This document shows positions 10,572 through 13,561 of a stretch of DNA of 13,561 bases, piece after piece. Where the stretch lies: NCBI GenBank assembly GCA_964244895.1, contig CAXTKV010000149.1, positions 1 through 13,561 of the forward strand. Reading direction: 5' to 3'. This DNA is from an uncultured Deinococcales bacterium. GTDB lineage: Bacteria; Deinococcota; Deinococci; Deinococcales; JAAFIG01. Under the pieces are notes generated by a model. The model was given only the letters and a program-made list of their open reading frames with translations. It had not been told where the DNA came from and did no database searches. Position numbers and translations under genes: made by a program. The first letter of the stretch is position 1. The number at the start of each line of letters is the position of its first letter.

Positions 10572-11111
10572 ATGGCGAATCCTCAGGTGCTGATGACCAC
10601 CGATCTGGGCGAGATCGAACTCGAGATCTTCATCACACGAGCGCCCGCCACCGCCGCGAACTTCTTGCGCTACGTCGATGAGCAACGCTACGTCGGCGCG
10701 ACGTTTTACCGAACGGTGCGCGTGGACAATCAAGAGCAAAGCCTGACCAAAATAGAGGTCATCCAGGGCGGCCTGGGCATGGATTCCCACCCGTCTAAAC
10801 TGCCGACGATCCCGCACGAAACCACGGCTCAGACGGGATTGCGGCATCTGGATGGGACGGTTTCGATGAGCCGTCTCGAGCCGGGTTCGGCGGCTTCGGA
10901 GTTTTTTATCTGCATCGACGATCAGCCCGCGCTCGATTTCGGCGGTGCGCGAAACCCGGACGGTCAGGGCTTCGCGGCCTTCGGATGCGTGACGCGCGGT
11001 ATGGATGTCGTGCGCACCATCCAAGCCGCGCCGAGCGGCGGAGACCGCGCACCCGTGCAGGGCCAGTGGTTGCTGGAACCCGTGCAGATCGCGTCCATCT
11101 TGAGAATCTGA
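10572..11111 (+). CDS. Cyclophilin-type peptidyl-prolyl cis-trans isomerase
   Basis: Motifs TDLGEIELE, APATAANFLRYV, FYRTV, VIQGG, GTVSMSR, SAASEFFI and GFAAFGCVTRGMDVV. Confidence 0.93.
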   Translation: MANPQVLMTTDLGEIELEIFITRAPATAANFLRYVDEQRYVGATFYRTVRVDNQEQSLTKIEVIQGGLGMDSHPSKLPTIPHETTAQTGLRHLDGTVSMSRLEPGSAASEFFICIDDQPALDFGGARNPDGQGFAAFGCVTRGMDVVRTIQAAPSGGDRAPVQGQWLLEPVQIASILRI

Positions 11112-11165
11112 AAAACACCGTCTGGCACGCAGTTCGGAATTCGCGTCTAGGACGGTCTTCTCGAG
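11112..11165 (+). repeat. Intergenic palindromic element, copy 8
   Basis: AAAACACCGTCTGGCACGC...GCGTCTAGGACGGTCTTCTCGAG, abutting the PPIase stop codon. Confidence 0.8.
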
Positions 11166-11287
11166 TTGCCGACCACGAACGCTCGAGCGAGGGCTCGACC
11201 TCTGTGCGGACTCGAGAAACCCGCACCGCACGCGCGAACGCTCCGTTCGAGAGGTGCTGAAGCGCCGCGCGTTCTATGATGAGCGCC

Positions 11288-11881
11288 ATGAACCCGCTCG
11301 AGCGTTTCCTCGCGCACGTCCAGGTGGCGCAGTCCGTCGGTGACACGCTCCTGACCGGAGGCTTCCTGAACCACCGCGTGGACGTGACCGCGCTGGTTGG
11401 CGCAGCCGGGGCGCTCGCCACGCGCGTACCGAACGCGGACATTTTGCTGACCGCCGAATCGGGCGGGATCGCACCGGCGTTCGCGCTGGCGCAGGCCATG
11501 AACAAACCCTTCGTCTTCGCCCGGCGATCCAACGCCCGCGTTCCCGGCGAGATCGTCCAGGTGCGCGTCGGTGATGTCGTGCCGGACGCCGATGAGTCCG
11601 AGACGGATCAACACCTGATCGTCTCTCGAGATGCCCTGCAACCCGGCTCTCGCGTGCTGCTGGTCGATGACATCCTCGGGCACGGGCGCACGCCGTTGGC
11701 GCTTTCCCGGTTGGCGGGCATGGCGGGCACGCAAGTCGTCGGGCTGGCCGTGTTCATCGAAAAAACCTTCCAGGGCGGACGCAACCGCATGGAAGTTCAG
11801 GGCGTTCCCGTGTTTTCGCTCGCGCGGTTCGCCTCGAACGGCACGGAGTTGTTCCTCGAGCGCCGACTCGGGCAGGAATAA
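11288..11881 (+). CDS. xpt: Xanthine phosphoribosyltransferase-like (type I PRTase, Bacillus Xpt family)
   Basis: Motifs FLNHRVD, TAESGGIAPA, FVFARR, the PRPP-binding VLLVDDILGHG, IEKTFQGGR and SLAR. Start placed at ATG 11288 because TATGAT (11275-11280) sits 7 nt upstream. Confidence 0.8.
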   Translation: MNPLERFLAHVQVAQSVGDTLLTGGFLNHRVDVTALVGAAGALATRVPNADILLTAESGGIAPAFALAQAMNKPFVFARRSNARVPGEIVQVRVGDVVPDADESETDQHLIVSRDALQPGSRVLLVDDILGHGRTPLALSRLAGMAGTQVVGLAVFIEKTFQGGRNRMEVQGVPVFSLARFASNGTELFLERRLGQE

Positions 11882-12065
11882 TTGAGCGCACCGCAGGCGC
11901 GCTCCTCGAATACGCGTTCTCGAGCCCCAACCCGCCGACATTCTGAGGAGGCGCGACGAAGAATCGTTCGTCGTGGTGCGCATCGTGGACTCCTGCGAAA
12001 GTCGGGGTCAATCTCGAGCATGACCCGCGTCTCAGGCTGAACCTCGAGCCATCGTTACCGCTCGA

Positions 12066-12090
12066 GGGCGAACAGACCGTTCGCCCCTAC
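12066..12090 (-). repeat. GTAG-type REP-like hairpin
   Basis: Minus strand GTAG-GGGCGAAC-GGTCT-GTTCGCCC: a GTAG tetranucleotide followed by a perfect 8-bp stem. Confidence 0.6.
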
Positions 12091-12133
12091 CCGATGGCCC
12101 GTAGAACCTTCTCGACATTGACTTTCGGTGAAC

Positions 12134-12220
12134 GTTGTGCCGGTCGTTCCCGTCACACAGGAATTGTTGTGACGGTCGTTCCCGTCACACAGGAATTGTT
12201 GTGACGGTCGTTCCCGTCAC
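12134..12220. repeat. Tandem repeat, 32-bp unit x about 2.7, each unit carrying an inverted repeat
   Basis: GTTGTGACGGTCGTTCCCGTCACACAGGAATT at 12134 (one mismatch) and 12166, and its first 23 bp at 12198. Internal inverted repeat TGTGACGG-N6-CCGTCACA. Confidence 0.92.
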
Positions 12221-12252
12221 TCACGAAGCGCTGTGCTGGACGGAGTTCTCGA
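12214..12252 (+). repeat. Intergenic palindromic element, copy 9 (partial, fused to the tandem array)
   Basis: CCGTCACTCACG...GTGCTGGACGGAGTTCTCGA; the right arm matches the family. Confidence 0.55.
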
Positions 12253-12404
12253 CTTCTGTGGCGGTAAAAGACCCAATACCGCGTTCAGGTTGACAGGTTT
12301 TGCGGGATGCTCGAGATCCCAGATTCCCGGTTCTGCGGCTCGAGATTCGCTCCAGGGCGCGACCTCAGCTGTCGATCCTCGTTTTTCTCGGTAACATGGG
12401 CGTT

Positions 12405-12641
12405 GTGAGACAGACGGATTGGCAAGAGAACCTGGAACTGGTCGTCAAGGTGCTTCTGGGCGTTCTCGGCGCGATCGCGGGCGCGTGGGTGCTCGGTTGG
12501 GTGTTGCGCCTGCTCGGGGGCTTGCTGATCGGCGTGGCGGCGTTCCTGGTGGCGATCCTGAAATTCCTGGTTCCGGTCGCGGCCCTGGCGGCGCTCGTGT
12601 ATTTTGGCGTGCGCGCGCTCCGTCCGAACCGGCCAGAATAA
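12405..12641 (+). CDS. Small membrane protein (about 78 aa, hypothetical)
   Basis: Long hydrophobic stretch (VVKVLLGVLGAIAGAWVLGWVLRLLGGLLIGVAAFLVAILKFLVPVAALAALVYFGV) with GC3-rich codons. Start is GTG 12405 (TAACAT-N7-GTG) or ATG 12396. Confidence 0.75.
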   Translation: MRQTDWQENLELVVKVLLGVLGAIAGAWVLGWVLRLLGGLLIGVAAFLVAILKFLVPVAALAALVYFGVRALRPNRPE

Positions 12642-12703
12642 GCGTATACCGTCTGGCACGGTGTTTTTTGAGCCTCGAGAAATCGCGTCCGGGACGGTGT
12701 GCT
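12641..12703. repeat. Intergenic palindromic element, copy 10, between convergent genes; inner hairpin plus T-run is terminator-like
   Basis: ATACCGTCTGGCACGGTGTTTTTT...CGCGTCCGGGACGGTGTGCT. Confidence 0.75.
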
Positions 12704-12720
12704 ATCGCGAGATGCCCGAT

Positions 12721-13521
12721 TCAGACGCGTTCTAGCAGGTAGAACGACCGATCCTCGTCGCCCACGAGATCGGTCGCAGCGTAACCCAGCCCAAAATAGT
12801 GCGCGAAGGCGGCTCGGTGCGCGCTCCGCCACGCCCGAGCCACCGCCAGCGCATCGCGTTTGAGCCCGTCGATATCGCGCGGGACTTCGATCAGAACAAA
12901 GTCATCCGTCCGATCCAGGCGCGGTTCCTGCGGCCCGCGTCTCGGGTCGGCGTCGACGGACTCGAGCGCGCGGGGGCCGTGCGCTTCGGGCACCGGGTGC
13001 GCTTGCGTTTCGCGTGAAAGAGACCATTCGATCATGAAGCGGTCGGCGGGCAAGCCCGCGTAGACATCGCGCGAGGCGTACCAGTCCGGGTGGTACGAGA
13101 CGGCCCTGGCGCGGAGCTTGCCCAGGTTGAGCCTGGCGTTTCGCGCCACCAGCGGATCAGCCGTCCAGGTCATCAGGCCGTAGCCCATCTCTTTGGCGCG
13201 CTCGCGCTGGTGCAATTTGAGCCGTTGCGCCAGCCCGGAACCCCGGTGTTCTGGCACGATCGCCAGCATGTGCGAGTGGTGGATCAGGTTGCTGTCCGCC
13301 AAGTTTCCGGGCCGCACGGCGGGCACGCCGTAGACGAAGCCGACCGGATCATCCGAACCGGGCGCAAATGCCGCGGCGACCACCCCGCCCGAGTGCGCCG
13401 AAACGACGAACATCGCGCCGGGCAGAATCTCGCGGTCGCCGTAGCCCCAGGCGCGCTCCTGAATGCCCTCGAGCGCTTCCATCTGGGTGGCGGTCGTCAG
13501 GACTCGGATGGTGTAGTCCAT
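12721..13521 (-). CDS. GNAT-family N-acyltransferase (266 aa)
   Basis: Motifs VGFVYG, HHSHMLAIVPEHRGSGLAQRLK (acyl-CoA motif A), WTADPLVARNARLNLGKL and LPADRFMIEW. Start ATG 13521 is preceded by TATCCT-N7. Confidence 0.85.
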   Translation of the reverse strand: MDYTIRVLTTATQMEALEGIQERAWGYGDREILPGAMFVVSAHSGGVVAAAFAPGSDDPVGFVYGVPAVRPGNLADSNLIHHSHMLAIVPEHRGSGLAQRLKLHQRERAKEMGYGLMTWTADPLVARNARLNLGKLRARAVSYHPDWYASRDVYAGLPADRFMIEWSLSRETQAHPVPEAHGPRALESVDADPRRGPQEPRLDRTDDFVLIEVPRDIDGLKRDALAVARAWRSAHRAAFAHYFGLGYAATDLVGDEDRSFYLLERV

Positions 13522-13561
13522 GCGCCACAGGATACTTGCCGCAGGTTCCACACGCGGAATC

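Noticed and set aside
11166..11275. Purine riboswitch upstream of xpt
   Set aside because: The purine aptamer core and kissing-loop sequences are absent, and the gene appears to be leaderless.
11943..12035. Hammerhead ribozyme (CTGAGGAG...CGAAA)
   Set aside because: Core-like words are present, but stems I and II do not pair next to the core.
12168..12189. CRP/FNR site (TGTGA...TCACA) in the tandem unit
   Set aside because: The half-sites are 12 nt apart rather than 6.
12134..12220. CRISPR array (palindromic repeats starting with GTT)
   Set aside because: The intervening 9-nt segments are identical rather than unique 30-40 nt spacers, and no cas genes are in the window.
12290..12295. Perfect TTGACA -35 box
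   Set aside because: There is no -10-like hexamer 16-18 nt downstream.

Overview
GC-rich bacterial chromosomal window, most likely Deinococcota (inferred from an RDRM-like operator at gyrA and from five or six genes with a -10 hexamer 6-7 nt before the start codon). It has nine ordinary CDSs: a 5'-truncated LysM/M23 peptidase (+), gyrA (-), an HtrA protease (+), a secreted TPR protein (+), a YyaL/DUF255 thioredoxin-domain protein (-), a cyclophilin PPIase (+), an Xpt-like phosphoribosyltransferase (+), a small membrane protein (+) and a GNAT acyltransferase (-). The unusual content is non-coding. (1) About 10 copies of one ~50-65 bp imperfect palindrome (GAGAACACCGTCCAGCACGC-N12-25-GCGTGCTGGACGGTCTTCTCGAG) occupy all eight intergenic gaps, with compensatory stem changes, a conserved C-C mismatch and the same orientation in every copy where orientation can be read. 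(2) CTCGAG occurs about 57 times by hand count, against roughly 5 expected. (3) The 11.9-12.4 kb gap holds a 32-bp hairpin tandem array and a GTAG-type REP. No transposase, CRISPR array, tRNA or rRNA was seen. All counts and alignments were made by eye.
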